Below are positions 26,285 to 40,130 of a stretch of 44,620 nucleotides of DNA, piece by piece. Position 1 is the stretch's first letter; the number at the start of each line of letters is the position of its first letter. Origin of the DNA: Lama guanicoe (Eukaryota). Made by a program: the position numbers and the translations under genes. The DNA lies in contig MU054085.1 in assembly GCA_013239625.1 (NCBI GenBank), positions 307,007 to 351,626 on the forward strand, given 5' to 3'. The notes under the pieces were generated by a model. The model saw only the letters and a program-made list of their open reading frames with translations. It did not search any database and was not told where the DNA came from.

Positions 26285-29200
26285 AAAGTGTGGAATCTGA
26301 AGATTTATTTGCATAAGAGATACTTGAAGACATTTGCCAACATTCCCAAAGCATGATAGTTTACAGTGTTAATGTGATATGGATTTTACTTAAAATGTTC
26401 AAATTTCTGTAAAGAGTTGTTATACCCATAATGTCAGGAGGCAGAAGTGCATCTAAATTTAGGTAGATATATATAGTGGAACTATAAACAATAACATTGA
26501 TTTCCTTTAAAAGGCAATACAGTCATCTATCACTATACAGTTACATATTGCATAACCATTTTACTTAAAATGTAGACCAATTCAGAATACTAATTTTGGT
26601 ACCACTTAAAATTGGCAGTGTCTGAAACACAGGTTTTTAAATTGTCAAAATTCACCATTTAACAGCTTCAAAACAATCATTTTTGCATACATAACTGTTT
26701 TATGAGGTAATTGCCCATGTTGGATAAAGCCTTATATATATAGCAACAATTCAATGTTAAAAATATAATATAGCTAATCCAATATTAAACTAACTATAAG
26801 AGCTTACTTTCTTTTAAAATATTTTGACTATGCTACACAATATTACATGCATATGTTAAAAGACATACAACCCAAATTTAGGAAGAAAATGTACATCCAG
26901 AAAATCCATTCTTCACTGGAAATCAAATCATGTACACGAGATGTAGTTCATCACAATTAGATCACCCTGTCATTAAATTGCTGGAGATATATTTTTAAAT
27001 TAGATGTTTACAATACAAACACATGTCTAAAACATAATTTTATTATTATTTTTTAACAAAACATTTTGCAATATAACAAAAATGAAATGATTTATATATA
27101 AGGACATGCTTCTATAAATCATAACCATATGTCATCTTTGGAATTATGATAATGGAAATGACATATATTATACATATGAATTAGTAAATTTATGTAACAG
27201 TAGTTCTATAATATTAGGTTTGGATTTTATTATGCATCATAATAAAAATTATGTTTTTGAAGGCTTTTTTATTTCAACAATGTATCTGAAGATACTAAAC
27301 ATCATTCATGTAAAGCCATTTATAAAAGTGTACCAAATAAAAATTCACATAAATATTGAATTTGAATTTCATTTTCATTAAAATTTTAGTCATATATTTT
27401 TTTAATTATGCTATATTGCTCTGTAATTGTCTAACTCATCACAGAAGTGAAGAACAGAATATGCTACTAGAGATACGAGTGGATGGCCCAAAATGCATAC
27501 AGCTATACATGTTAAAGATAATTGCATATTCATAGAAGTAGCCTTTAGATATTTATGTTTGGCATGTTATTTTGTATAAGGAACATATATATGTTCCATT
27601 AATTTTAGTATTTTAAATAAAACATTTGGTAAAGTTTAATTAACAAAATAATTCTACGTGAATAATTCTGTGATATTATATAACAAAGAAAGATGTAACA
27701 TATTGAACATGAGACGTGCAAAAATATACAAAACAACATCAAAATGAAATCTAAATACAACTAATGCATCAATTCTATTTGAGTCATTTAGATATTAGCC
27801 TATGTATACATTTTAGCATTATGTAATAAAATTTTTATGTCGTATTTCTTCTTTTATTTAATATTACATCAAACTTAGAGGAAAGTGTCAACAAGTGAGG
27901 ACTCTTGAAAACTACTTAAATTATGAGGGGTTGAAGAGAAACAAAGCCTCTGCTTTGTTACATGCTACAATTTTCAGCTAGTGTATTATAGTTGGGAAAT
28001 AAGTATTTTGCATTTTAAACAGTATAAATACCAGTATCCTAAATCTGTACAGCTTAGTATTTAATAGTATAATTTGGTGGATATGTGTATACTATGAATA
28101 CCCAACTTATACAAGAGATGAATAAACTAAAATAGAAAGTAGCCCTTAAATTGTAGAAAAATATAATTAGTTGTTACCTAAAATAAAATCATCTCTCTGA
28201 TTAGAATAAATGGACAAATCCTGAAAAAAATTAGTTTGTAATTTAGTTTTAAAGAGTATGTCTAGACTGGTCTTACAAAGTTTTTATTTTAAATTAAAAT
28301 GCTGCATTTATGTTGAAACTACATAAAATTGTGGTCTTTAAATATCTAATTAAATAAATATAAGACACTCTTAATCATAAAATGCACCTCTAAGATAAAA
28401 AACATTCTACCATTAAACAATGACATGACAAGGCAAAAATGCTGTCACCCAAATCCAGATTTCTGAGGTATTAAAATGTGAAATAAGTTAATCTTGGTAG
28501 AGTTTAAAAAGTCAGTAATTCGAATAGCAGATTTTCTATGGTCATGAATTAATTAAATAAATTAGGCCCATATCAATTTAAAAATAGAACTAAGAATTTA
28601 AATTGTCTTTCTGATTTGATTGGCATATTGACATATTTATATTATATATTTCTACTTAAATTTCTAAGCATTAAATAGGGACACCAAATTTAATCTTTGC
28701 AGGTAGATTTGTTATTGCTGATCAGATTAAAGTGACCTTAATGATTTCATATGCAAAGTGAGTGAATAAATACTTGCAATCTAAGCTGAAACTGATGATA
28801 GCAAGATTTAGTGATATTTCTACTAAATCTGCACTTACTATGAGTAAATAAATGATTATAAAGCAAACATTTAACCAAATATGTTTTAATGTTAAGATGT
28901 TTATATGCAGGAAAAAACTCATATTCTGAATTGTTTGAAATTTTGATTAAACCCACATGTCAAACAACCAAAAATACCTTTATCTAAATGACATATAGAA
29001 AATACCAAGTTTTAGAAAGCATATGGAGTGTACTGTTGATCAACCATGACAAAACTATACATATATTTATATATATTACATATGATACACACATATGTTA
29101 TATATGTGTTATGACATATATATTATATAGTAAAAATCTATGAATGTTACATGAAATATCTTCACAATTTGTCACAGAATGTGAGAGAATAGACATTTCA

Positions 29201-29314
29201 TTTCTTACTGCTGAAAACACAGTAAGCTCATGCCAAGGGGAAAAATGTGTAAGTACAGGGTTTAAGAGTGTTGCAGATATTCTCCCTCTCTTAAAGAGCC
29301 AGTTCTTGCTTCAC
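26285..29314 (-). other. Candidate terminal exon / long AT-rich 3'UTR of an unidentified gene
   Basis: Acceptor ttcattttaatcaactag|GTGA at 29314. About 3 kb with no repeat I can recognise. Minus-strand AATAAA at 27039-27044 and at 26304-26309, the latter followed by a GU/U-rich tract. Confidence 0.45.
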
Positions 29315-29600
29315 CTAGTTGATTAAAATGAAGTTGCAAAACGGAGCTTCGGCATCTTATCACTCCATTTCATACATTTTTGGAAGTCTCAACAATGTAC
29401 GGTGGTGGGTGCTAGGTGTCATTTTGTATTTTAATGTGCCCAACCACAAACACACACACCACTCACAAGAATATATATTTAGGCATCCTTGTCACTTCTC
29501 ATAAGAATAAGAGAAAGGGATAGGCTGTCCCTCCACACATCTCTAAAACCATCTCCTAGAATCCTGCACTGTGAGACCTCCTTCTGGTAGCAGCTCTTAC

Positions 29601-29641
29601 CTCTTAGTTAAAGTAGAAGCATACATCACCATGGGTCTCCT
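29601..29641 (-). CDS. Candidate 41-nt exon of the unidentified minus-strand gene
   Basis: gcatttgtttag|AGGAGACCC...ACTAAGAG|gtaaga; consensus splice sites. Confidence 0.5.
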
Positions 29642-30589
29642 CTAAACAAATGCATTGCAACTGAACACACATTTGTTTCATTTCCTTCCGCACAAAATCC
29701 TGTGCCATAGCTGCCCGTTCTTACAGAAGATTTAGAGATGTTGTTAGGAAAAAGTGATACTATATAACTTATATTTCAAAGTGTAATATGAGGAACTCCT
29801 TCACTTTCAGAGCTTTGCTATCTCTATAAATGATATGTATTAGTGACTTTTTGAAAGTAGAAATCATATCTTAAACATGTGTATCTCTCAATTTCCTTTG
29901 GATGTTTAATAAGAGGGAAGAATGAATGTACTAATCTTTTATTTCTCAAAAATATAAACATTTTATTTTATGTTTAATTAATATTTGTTGAGTATTAAAT
30001 GCATTTTAAATACAAGAAAGAAATCGTACCTGTCTAGATATATTTAAACAATGTAAAAACATGATCATAATATAACTGTAATTTGTATTGCATGTACTAG
30101 AACAGAAGTAAGGAAAAGAGAGGAAGGAACATCTAAGAATACATAAATTACTCCTTCACTTGTGTTTTCTCAAATGAGGGCAGTATTTCCCTTTTCTTCC
30201 ATTCTCCAACACCCTTTTCTCTCCAAAAAATATTTTATAATTACAATATTTGATATTGTAAGGAGAAGGGAAAGAAGTAACGGAAAAGAACTGGTAAGGT
30301 TATCCTTTATACATATCATGGTTGAAAGGAAAAATAAGAGAAGGCTTTATCCTGACCTACGCATCATATCCCTAAGGCCCGCTTACCCTGACTCTCTCAA
30401 TGTATTCATGTTTATCCTCTATTTCCTTCTATAAGGGCTTCTAGTTTGGGGGAGGGCAGTGGGTGCATCATTTTTTAGTAATTTTAAGTGTTCCTCCTTT
30501 TTTAATGCCTAAAGTATTAATTATACATAATGCTAGTTTTATATATATTGATAAGATTTTAAAGGAACCAAGGAGCTATCCTCACTTAC

Positions 30590-30623
30590 CCCTGCAGTCT
30601 TCTCTCTGTGTGCCCAGATGTTA
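30590..30623 (-). CDS. Candidate 34-nt exon of the unidentified minus-strand gene
   Basis: gcgtctttttag|TAACATCTGG...CTGCAGGG|gtaagt; consensus splice sites. Confidence 0.5.
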
Positions 30624-32656
30624 CTAAAAAGACGCTGTTTAGGATTAGGCACTCCCCTCTCAAGACGGTTCTCTTGACAAATAAGACAAATACCTTTCTG
30701 GTTGAAAGAATATGCATATTAGAATGGTTACTTTATAGTTTGAATTAGTTAATTGTAAAGTTTTCTTCTCCTCAAAAGAAAGAATAGGAGCAGTTTGAGA
30801 AATGTGTATTTTGGGGAGGAGTGTGAAGCTTGTGGTAAGATCATTGATTGCTCCTTCTTGAGGCATTTATCATAAGTTGACATCTATCCCATGTGATTAT
30901 TATATATGATTTGGAAGAACTGGGTTCATTATTACCAGGTGGGTGTAAGGGAGTGGTGGGCAGGTAAGAAAGGACTGACCTTCTGCAGGAAAGACGCTTA
31001 TGAAGTTGACCGTGGAAAGGTTGCTGAGCAATTGGTGGGTATCTGCATTAAATACACTGAAGTAGAGCAGCCTAATCAGAAACTCCAGCCCCCAAAAGCC
31101 TAATTTTCCTGCATCAATACTCAGTAAAACACTTTTTCTTCTATAGCAGCTAATTAATTAGTAGCAGAAATGATTTTCTTGAAAATAAATACTAATCTTG
31201 GCTTTAAAAAGTAATATGTTGAAGAAAAATTTAAAAAAAACCTTTAGAAATGGCAAGAACCTTGAGTTTACCATCAAAGGCTATCATTCACTAGAATGGC
31301 AAATATATTATATATTGGGGTATTATATATAATTATATGTTGAGGTATTTAAAATATGTATTTCCACATTGAGAGGTAAACCTTTATATTCCTTCATCTA
31401 ATTACTCTGCCACGTTCCTTTTCTACAAAGAGTACATTTTATTTCAAAACAATAAGTAAAAAGACTGTCTTTTAATACCATCGATAAAACAAAGATATGA
31501 GTCCTTTAGCAATGATTGTTTGAATTTACATTTATATTTGGCTTCAAGCATGTTTTGTTTCTTTAGTTTGATGATGGACATAAACTATTCCAAAATTTAT
31601 GGGAAATATGTGGAGACATGACTGAGGAGGATCTCAAAAATCATCTCTTTTAACATTGTGACATCTGACCAACTCTCTTTGGCACTTTCTAGAAGTGGAG
31701 AGTGTGACACTCTGGGTGACACCAATCAGGAGGTTAATGAGAACTTCCTTCACTCCTTCCCTGAGGAAGAGACACATTAAGTTTGTGCTTTAAGTATAAA
31801 GAAATTCTATCTCATTTAGAGCAGAAGTTACTTGGAAAAAGAGAAAAAAAATGAGAGTGAAATATGAACAAAGAGATTCAACAGGGTATTTGTGCTTTTA
31901 CATCTTTGTAGATACCAAAAAAAAGAAATTGTTTGTTCATTCCAGAGAAAGCAAATGCTATTTACTTAGCAAATCTTTCTGTTCCCCATCCTTTCTAGAC
32001 CAAATATAGTAATGTTTTTTCCCTTTTCTATGTTTCAGTAGCATTAAAAATATCTGACTATAAAACTTACTACTTTCCACCTTCCCTCTCCCTTCTCTTT
32101 TAGCTTCACTAACATGAATTAAATGATTCCTATGCATCAAGCACAAACACACCCATATAAAATACATAATCTATATCTATGCACATACACCCATCCCTGC
32201 CTTGCAAGTAAATAGTCGGGTTTTTTTTTTTTTAAAAATCAGAGCCATGTGATACGTTCAAGGAAGGATATACAAAGAACTGTGAAAGCATGGTTGGAAA
32301 GCCCTTAGCTTTACTTCCAAAATGGAAAAGACTTTCTAGTGGGAGAGACATTGGAATTGAGCTTATAGGGTGAGCAGTTTTTGCCTGGTGCATGAGGAAT
32401 AAAAGAGGATCCCAGTCAGAGGTAATGGCTTAGAAAAAATGTGTGGCAGGAAGAAAGGCAAGACATGCTCAGGCAATTGTAAATTATTTGGTATGGCAGC
32501 AATGACGAGTGATAGGTTTGGTAGGTAAGGACTGACATTTGAAGAGCCAAGAAATATCAACTTAGCTTTAAAACAAGTTTTGGCATCCTAGAGCCATGTT
32601 TAACCCTTTCCTCCTCTCACTGCGCTTTGCACTAAACTTGTTTCTCCCTCTCACAG

Positions 32657-33083
32657 GTGTGACTGTGAACTCCGTGGACCCTGGCGTTGTGTACATGGAG
32701 ATCATGAAGAATTTCTCTTGGTTATATCATTTCATCTTCTGGCTCCTCGGCCTCTTCTTTAAGGTGGGTGGGGAGGAGCTGGCTCTGCCTGAAGGGGTTG
32801 GGGCAGGGGGTCTGCTGCTCAGTGTGTCCCTTCAGGCTACAGCCTGCCTGGCTTTTATTCCTCCTCCTCCTCCCCCACCCCCGTGTCTCCGCAGAACAGC
32901 AAACGGGGTGCAGTCCCAGTGCTCTACCTGAGCTTGGCAAAGGAGCTAGATGGCGTTTCTGGAAAACATTTTAGCAGTTCCGGTGTGATAACTCCTGCCC
33001 CTAAAGCTGCCTGAGATCCTCACATGGCCCAAAGCCTCTGGGATACTTCAGCCCGACTAACAAATCTAGACAAGATGGATTGA
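32657..33083 (+). pseudogene. Last two exons (32657-32763, 32895-33083) of an RDH11/12/13/14-type short-chain dehydrogenase/reductase gene with a premature stop
   Basis: Spliced translation GVTVNSVDPGVVYMEIMKNFSWLYHFIFWLLGLFFK/NSKRGAVPVLYLSLAKELDGVSGKHFSSSGVITPAPKAA*DPHMAQSLWDTSARLTNLDKMD* fits the C-terminal half of this SDR group. GT-AG intron of 131 nt. In-frame TGA at 33012-33014. No upstream exons found. Confidence 0.85.
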
Positions 33084-33379
33084 CCTCTGTGACCCCTGCC
33101 CTGACTCACCGCCTTCCTCGACTCCCAGCCCTCCCTCGGATTATGCCTTCTGCTTGTCAATTCCAAGGAACAATCATTCACTTTGTTTGGTGTAATCGCC
33201 ACTTCCTCTTCCTGTTGGCTCCACACATGAGAGCTCAGCTTAGGCTCTGTTTGTGCCCTCGTCTATGCTGCTCCCAGTGGCTGTCGGCTATCAGATCGCA
33301 CCCCCTCCTAACACTGGGTCAGGAGCTGAGCTCTTACCCGGTGGGCGGGCGGGTCACTCCCTTTGTTAGCCCTCTGGTG

Positions 33380-33490
33380 AATTATTATTTCCATTTTGCA
33401 TATGAGAACACTGAGGCACAGAGAGATTATGTAAACCTGTCCAGGGTCACAGAGCTTTTAAGCATCAGAACTGGAATTTACTTCCACTGC
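33380..33490 (-). mobile_element. MIR SINE
   Basis: ccattttgcatatgagaacactgaggcacagagag...ccagggtcacagag, MIR core. Confidence 0.85.
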
Positions 33491-33549
33491 ATGATGTCCC
33501 TCATGATAGGGGTCCTTTGCTGTGCTGAGATGTTCATATCTAAATGAAG

Positions 33550-33652
33550 TATTTTTAATTGAAGTATAGTGATTTACAAAATTTATAATATTGTTAGTTT
33601 CAGGTGTACAACAAAGTGATTCAGATAGATAGATAGATAGATAGACAGACAG
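33550..33652 (-). mobile_element. L1 extreme 3' fragment ending in a (GATA)n/(GACA)n microsatellite
   Basis: ttttaattgaagtatagt...ttagtttcaggtgtacaacaaagtgattcag followed by gata repeats. Confidence 0.75.
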
Positions 33653-34222
33653 AGTAATTCCCTGACACTAGAACATCCCCCTACCCCTCTCTATTACCCT
33701 GCAACACCACTGAAAAACCTTATCTGCATGAAATAGATCTGTGAATTGTCATTCTAAACAGCTAATGTACATGAACCTGATAGTTTAAACATCACAACCA
33801 CCTGTGAAATCACTGCTCATTTTAGCAAGAAGATACCTGAACTGGGCATGTTAAAATAAATGGCCCAAAGTCAAGAGGTAGTTAAGTTGCTGAGTCAAAT
33901 GAAAACCAAGTCTTACCAGTTAGCCTTATGGTTTTTGTTTATTTGTTTTTGTTTTTGTCTTTTTAAAACTCCCTTTGTCAGCTAACTAGAGTTTATCTTT
34001 CTGAGCCCCAAAACTTAAAGAAAAAATAATCTTGATTTGATGGTCTGTTTTTTAACCACGGCAAATCATACCACTTTAACTTTTTCATGATGTCACAGGG
34101 CCCCCTTGATGAATCATAATTTCCTTTAACGCTAACATTTATGAGGTTATGTATGATTTTTAGATGAGCACATTTGTTAGTCATTTTTGTTGTCATTCCA
34201 CACATGTTTGTAGAGCGCCCTC

Positions 34223-34844
34223 GGTGGTAGGCTGATTTCTAAACTGGGCCCCGAGATTCCCTACCCGCTGGTGTACGTGTAATCCCTACATAATCCCTAG
34301 GACTGGAAATATGACAGATTTTGTTCCTGTGAGTAGGTCATATTACTTGTCAATTGACCTTGAGATATGGAGATTATCCAGGTGGGCCTGACTGAATCAC
34401 ATGACATCCTTTGAAAACAGAGTTTTCCAACTTGTTATAGAAGAGGAAGTCAGATATTCAAAGTACAAGAAGGATTGGGAATGCTGTTGCTGGCTTGAAA
34501 GATGGAGGGGGACACATGGGAGGAAATGTGGGTGGCCTCTAGTTGCTAAGAGGAGCCCCTGGCTGATAGCAGGGAAATGGAGGCCACAATCTTATAATCT
34601 CATGGAGCTGGAGTTTGCCAACAATCTGGATGAGCTTGGAAGCAGATTCTTCTCCACTGCCTCCATTCAAGAACTCAGCCTGGCTGATACCTTGGTTTCG
34701 GCTTCTAATGGCCTGACTAGGTTGTAGAATCGATCCGCCTTGCGCCTGGACACCTGACTTGCAGGGCTGTGAGCTAATAAATAGGTGTGGGTTTAAGCTG
34801 CTAAAATGATGACACTTGTTACCCAACAATAAAAAGCTAATACA
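34223..34844 (+). mobile_element. MLT1E-family MaLR solo LTR inserted into an L2
   Basis: Starts (g)gtggtaggctgatttctaa, contains gagattatccaggtgggcctgact, ends aaaagctaataca. 5-bp TSD ccctc at 34218-34222 and 34845-34849. Confidence 0.9.
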
Positions 34845-34849
34845 CCCTC

Positions 34850-35420
34850 TATGTGCCAGACACAGTACCTGGAGTTGGGGATGTAACGTGGCTTCTTCAC
34901 TTGTAGAGTTTATATTCTGGGGGGACGATAGGGGATAAGGGAGATGCAACAAAGAAAAAGCAGTACAGAAACACATAGTGAAGATCAGATTGTGGTCAGT
35001 GCTGTGGAGAGAATTACAATGGGGTGATATGGAAAGTGTTTGGGGGGGGACCCTTCAGATCAGTTGGTCAAGGGAAATCTCTCTGAGGTAGACATATATG
35101 GAAAGGCTTGCATGACAAGATGGTTCCAGCCAAGTTCACTTCTTGGAAAAAAGCTATCCAGGCAAAGGAGGGACCAAGGCAGAGGGCTTCCTGTGAGAAA
35201 GAACTTGTGGTTGACAGACAGATGGAAGCACAGCACAGGGACCTGGGTGATTAGGATGCCAGCAGAGGAGGTAGGAGAGGTGGTTAGAGGCCAGGTCAGG
35301 TAGGGCTTTGTGTGTCATGGTAAACAAATTTGAATTTGACTCTAAACATGTTGGGAAGCCATTGGAGGAATTTAAACAGGTTGTCATGATATGATTTACA
35401 TTTTCATGATTTTGTACAGT
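34850..35420 (-). mobile_element. L2 element (its 3' tip lies left of the MLT1E; a further piece at ~35990-36130)
   Basis: tatgtgccagacacagt..., gttgggaagccattggaggaatttaaacagg, gatggtggcttggac: typical antisense L2. Confidence 0.8.
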
Positions 35421-36329
35421 GTGGAGGCACATAGAACTGTTCCAAATAAAATCAGAAATAGAGCAAGACTATTTTCATGAAATTAAAATATTTTACCAGC
35501 TATTTATGCCTAGAATATATTTAAATTTTGAAAGCAATCTTTGGCTCAGGGGTACTTTCCCTTTTATTTTATTGCTCTTTATCTGCCCTTCTCTGTGTTT
35601 CTTTTCTTTTTATTTTGAAAAAAATGGAAAAAGGAATTTACAGAAAACAATATCGAAATGTCCAATTGAGAACTTACATTTTAACATACTTACATGTTCA
35701 CTTCAAGTTCTTATATTTTTTAATAAAAGAGGAAGTGAAGTCCATTTTGTCCTTTTTTTCCTATCTTATTTTCTTTCTAGCAAGTTAAATATATCATAGA
35801 TTTTGTGTATGTTCTTCTAGGCCTTTGTTGAATTTTGATGTTTTAAGTACACATGTATATTTTTATTGTTTGGTGGATTTTTAAATTAAAAACACTATCT
35901 TTTATGTATGCATTATTTATATGTCATTAAATTTATGTAAATGTAAAAAAAACCAAGTTTGCATAGGCCAGTAGGTAAACAGAACAAACAGTTGGGAGTT
36001 GATTGTGGGCATTCTGATGAGCAAAGATGGTGGCTTGGACAAGAGCAGTGGTGGTGGACACCCAGATCTGGGGAGAGTAAGGTGGTATGAAATGGAACCA
36101 AAAGCAGATTAGGAACAATCTGTATAACACACTGTGAGACCCTCAGCACCTTTCCCTGTTACCTTAGGAGACCAGCATCCAAGCATGTATCCCTTTCCTG
36201 AGGCCCTCCAGCGGCAGATTAGTGGATCGTTTTGTGGAGAAATGAAGTAGCTCCCAAGAAAAGCTCTCCAGAGACAGACAAATGGAGCTTTCCATCCACA
36301 AGGATGGCATGTCCTTTCATTACCCCAAG

Positions 36330-38060
36330 TAAAACCCAGCAATTGAGTCTCTGCCCATGTCCACAGTGCTTCAGATCAACATTTGGTGCTTTACTCTTAA
36401 AAGGGACAAATGGGCAATCCAGGATAACTAGGTATTTGAGGAAGGCCTTCCACATAAAAGTGATGAAAATGCACAACAAATAAGCAAACAAACAAATAAA
36501 CAAAAACCAAGCCAAAAAGCCAACCAATGAAATAAACAAACCAACAGAAAATGACAATGAAAAAGAACTCAGTGAAACAGACAATGCTGGCAGCAGGGGA
36601 AAACGTCAAGAACCTGTAACTATTATCTTCATAAAGATAAGAAAATTTGTTACACCAATAAAATATCAATAGGATACTTGGGAAAAGGAAACAGAACAAT
36701 AAAGAGCTCTTGGGGGGAAAAGATGATGTTTTTATTTCACTCCCCCCAAAAACCTAAAAAGTTCTTTAAAATGTTCAAAAGTAACTTTGTTGTCCAATGA
36801 AAGGGAAAAAATGATGGGCAAGAAGGAAGAAAATGTAGGAAAATAAAAAGGTCAATCCAGGGGCTCCCAGAGCTTTAAATTAGGAGAATCAGAAAGAGAA
36901 GATAGAAAAAATGGAAAGGATTAATTATCAAAGGGCTCATGTAGCAATGTCTCCCCTAAATGAAGTTTGTGAACTTCTACACTGAGGCTCCTGAAGGCTC
37001 AGCATGCTGTATGAAAGAAGACCCTACACCAAAGTACATTATTGTGAACTTTTAGTACACTTGGAATAAAGACAAGTGAGAAGGAGACAGAGAAAGAGAC
37101 AGAGACAGAGACAGGGAGACAGAGACAAGCTCAGAATTCAAAATGGTTTCAGACTTAACCATAGCGATGCTTGATAACAGAACAGAAGGGCAATATTTTT
37201 AAAATTTAAAGAGATACTTATAGTCAACCTAGGACTCAAGACACAGCCAAATTATCCATTGAGGGTATAAGGTATTATGTAACATTTTATGTCATGAAGG
37301 CTCAAACATTTTACCCACTACACATCTATTCTTAGGAAGCTACCAAAGGATGTGCTTTATAAAATAAGGAGTCAGTCAAGAAAGAGGAAGACGTGGGTTT
37401 AAGAAACCAGGGCATTTCATGCCTGGGGTTGAAGAGGGTAGAGAAAAGAATGCCCATGAAAACCTTGTAACAGGCCTGGAGACCAATAGGTCCAGATGGG
37501 AACAGAGGACTGGAGGGCAAAGGGGAAAAGGACACAAGTAGGTGGGTGGCAGAGGGGAGAACAGGAGGCAGAAATAAATGTTTGAAATTGTGGTTGAGTG
37601 TTTGTGAAAATTATTGATAGAGTTTGAAAGACTTTTGGGGTAGTCGGGAAAAAAGTAGCAATAAGTACATTAAAAACTGAACACATATTGACACTTGTAA
37701 AATGATTAAAAATCAATAAAAAATGTAAAAAAAAAACAAAAAAAACCTGAACACATAAAAAAGAAATCAATTAATGTCTTTAGGAAAAGCAATAGTTCTA
37801 TAAGAAAAGATATGACATCCCAGTATATTACTTGGCTTAGTAATAAATAACATTTATATAAGTCATAATGATGCAAACACTGATTGTTGATTAACTCAAT
37901 GTTTGATATGTAATTAAGATGTTGAAGATGGTGTAAGAAAGCTCAATGCTTAACTTCTATAGCAGGAAGTCAACATATAAGGTCTTAAATTTGTAAAGCA
38001 AGATATAGCAGTTTGAGTATCTTGTTTAGAGACAGGGACATAACTACCAGAAAAAAAGGA
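36330..38060 (+). mobile_element. HAL1 / old L1 ORF1-derived element
   Basis: A-rich degenerate ORF1-like sequence (acaccaaagtacattattgtgaa; tcagacttaacc; caacctagga) followed by a HAL1-like tail aaagaggaagacgtggg...caggcctggagaccaataggtccagat. Confidence 0.7.
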
Positions 38061-40130
38061 TTGAGTCCAGCACTCCTAAAAGCATTATTTAGTGATCACC
38101 ACAGCTCTGTAAGTAAAATTATTTCTATTTATCCAGATAACAAAACCAGACCCACTGAGGTTAAGTGAACTTGCCCAGTGTCACATATGAATGATATAAT
38201 CAATGGCGGAGGTGAGCAGAAGGAGAGATTATAGAAAAGAAAATGAAAGGGCAACTGGGTGAAAGTCTAGCCTAGGAAAGCACAGAGGAGGTGAAAAGAA
38301 AAAAAAAGGTAAATACAGAGGAAGCTGACATCCCCGGGTGTTCAGGAGTGCAGGTGTACATGGGTCTGGCTCCAGACAGAGAACTCCCCTCCCAGATAAG
38401 CTGTGTGTAGTCAGTGTGGTAGTGACATCAGCGGTGGAGAAGTGTCCACACGTCCAGGTTTCTGAGCGCTGGGCATGGATGTCTAAAGTGGTTGAAGCAA
38501 AGTTGGGCCTAGATGTTATGGAATCATAATAGGCATCAATTCCAAAGTGGAGAGTCCAGGACAGTATTTTTCAAAAACAAAAAGGAAAGAGTAAAAAAGA
38601 ACGGAAATTAGTTAAAAGTAACTTATCCTAAAATGTTTGTCTCCTGAGCCCTGGGTTGCAGCTGGCCCTAATAAACTTTCCTGTTTTACCCCTAGGCAAG
38701 GAAAGGTTTTTCCAGGCAACAAGCAGTAATGACCGGTACTTGAAAGAGCATCTGATATAAGTAGGTTAAACAAATGCTTGTTGAAAAAAATAATACCTAC
38801 ATGAGTGATTTAATAAATGAGTGAATAAATGAGTGCCAGACTATGAGTCCCCAAATCTGAGCTTTAAACCTATTTTAATCTCCTAATATATGTGTTGTCT
38901 TTTAGCCAATTACCAAACCTCATTTTTCACAAAGTCAAACGAATACATTATCAATCAATAAAATATCTGTCAGCTAGGAAAGAGAATCCATGGGAGAAGC
39001 ACATGGAATTTTGACTATGAAAATACTTGCTAAGTCTGGATCACTACACAAATGAAAGACATTGTATTTATTACTTGGAATCCATTGGCAAATAAGCAAA
39101 GTGCTGCATCAAGGAAAGATAAAGATTTTGAAGAAAAAAATCATGATTTTCATAATAATCATTTTCAGGAAGAAAAAAGTAATGAGGATTAATGACAGCT
39201 GATGAAGAAGCCATAAATACATTTTATATCATGAATATCAGCATATTTAAATAATAATATAAAAAGTATCAATAGCAGTAAGAAAAAACCACAGTTCGTA
39301 TATTTTTGTTCCCAGTTGTTTCTTTTGCATTTCCCCATAAAGTGAGGCATAAAAAAATAGTGGTAAATTGCCTTATCTCAAAAAGCATAATATAAAATAA
39401 AATAAAGTAATATATACTGAGTAATCTCTAATGGTTGCATTACACTTCCCATATTTAATTTTTATTTCCCCCACAACTTACCCCTTTCAGACTTTACCAT
39501 TTATAATTTATCATATTTCTAATGAGTTGAATCTCCTCAGTTACATATGGTTTCCAGAAATGCCTGGTAACTACCCCGTTGTTTTCTGCAGAAGTGGTTT
39601 TTGAAAAACAGAGATTCCTAAACATGCTTCTAATAAGAGTCTTGCACCCTCAGAGATGTTTCCTGAGCTGTGGTCCAGGTTAACACTGAGGAAGAAGATT
39701 TAATGATCTGTCCCTTGAGATTTCTCTGCTGATTCCCAGGAATGTAGAAAGTTTACAATAATCCCTTTATTAAATGATTGTGACATATTTTGTTACTATT
39801 GATGTATTAAAGAAAGGCAACTTTCCACAATTCATACTTTCTTCTATATGTAACAATTCTCATAAGAAAAAGAGAAGGGTTTCTTTGTACATCTTATCAT
39901 TTTTATTCATTTTTATACTTATTATTTATATTTCTAGTTTGTTCTTGCTTGAAATATAGACCAAGTATTTCATGGAGCTAGTTAGCCAAGACCTGTTACA
40001 CGTGCTGGACACTTGACAACTTGTGAGCTTTCCTATCCCTTAGTTACATCAGTGCTTCTTTAATTTCACTTCAAATTGTTGATTTTATTACAAAAAGTTA
40101 AAATTCAATCAAAATATTATCTTTTTAAAT

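Noticed and set aside
30590..30623. Reading ...ERRLQG resembles the RDH motif (A)RRLQG(T) that precedes GVTVNS
   Set aside because: Opposite strand to the RDH exons, wrong phase and no upstream YxxxK motif; treated as coincidence.
32596..32931. 111-aa ORF with a poly-Pro tract
   Set aside because: Read-through of the RDH-like exon into flanking introns; the poly-Pro comes from the intron's pyrimidine tract.
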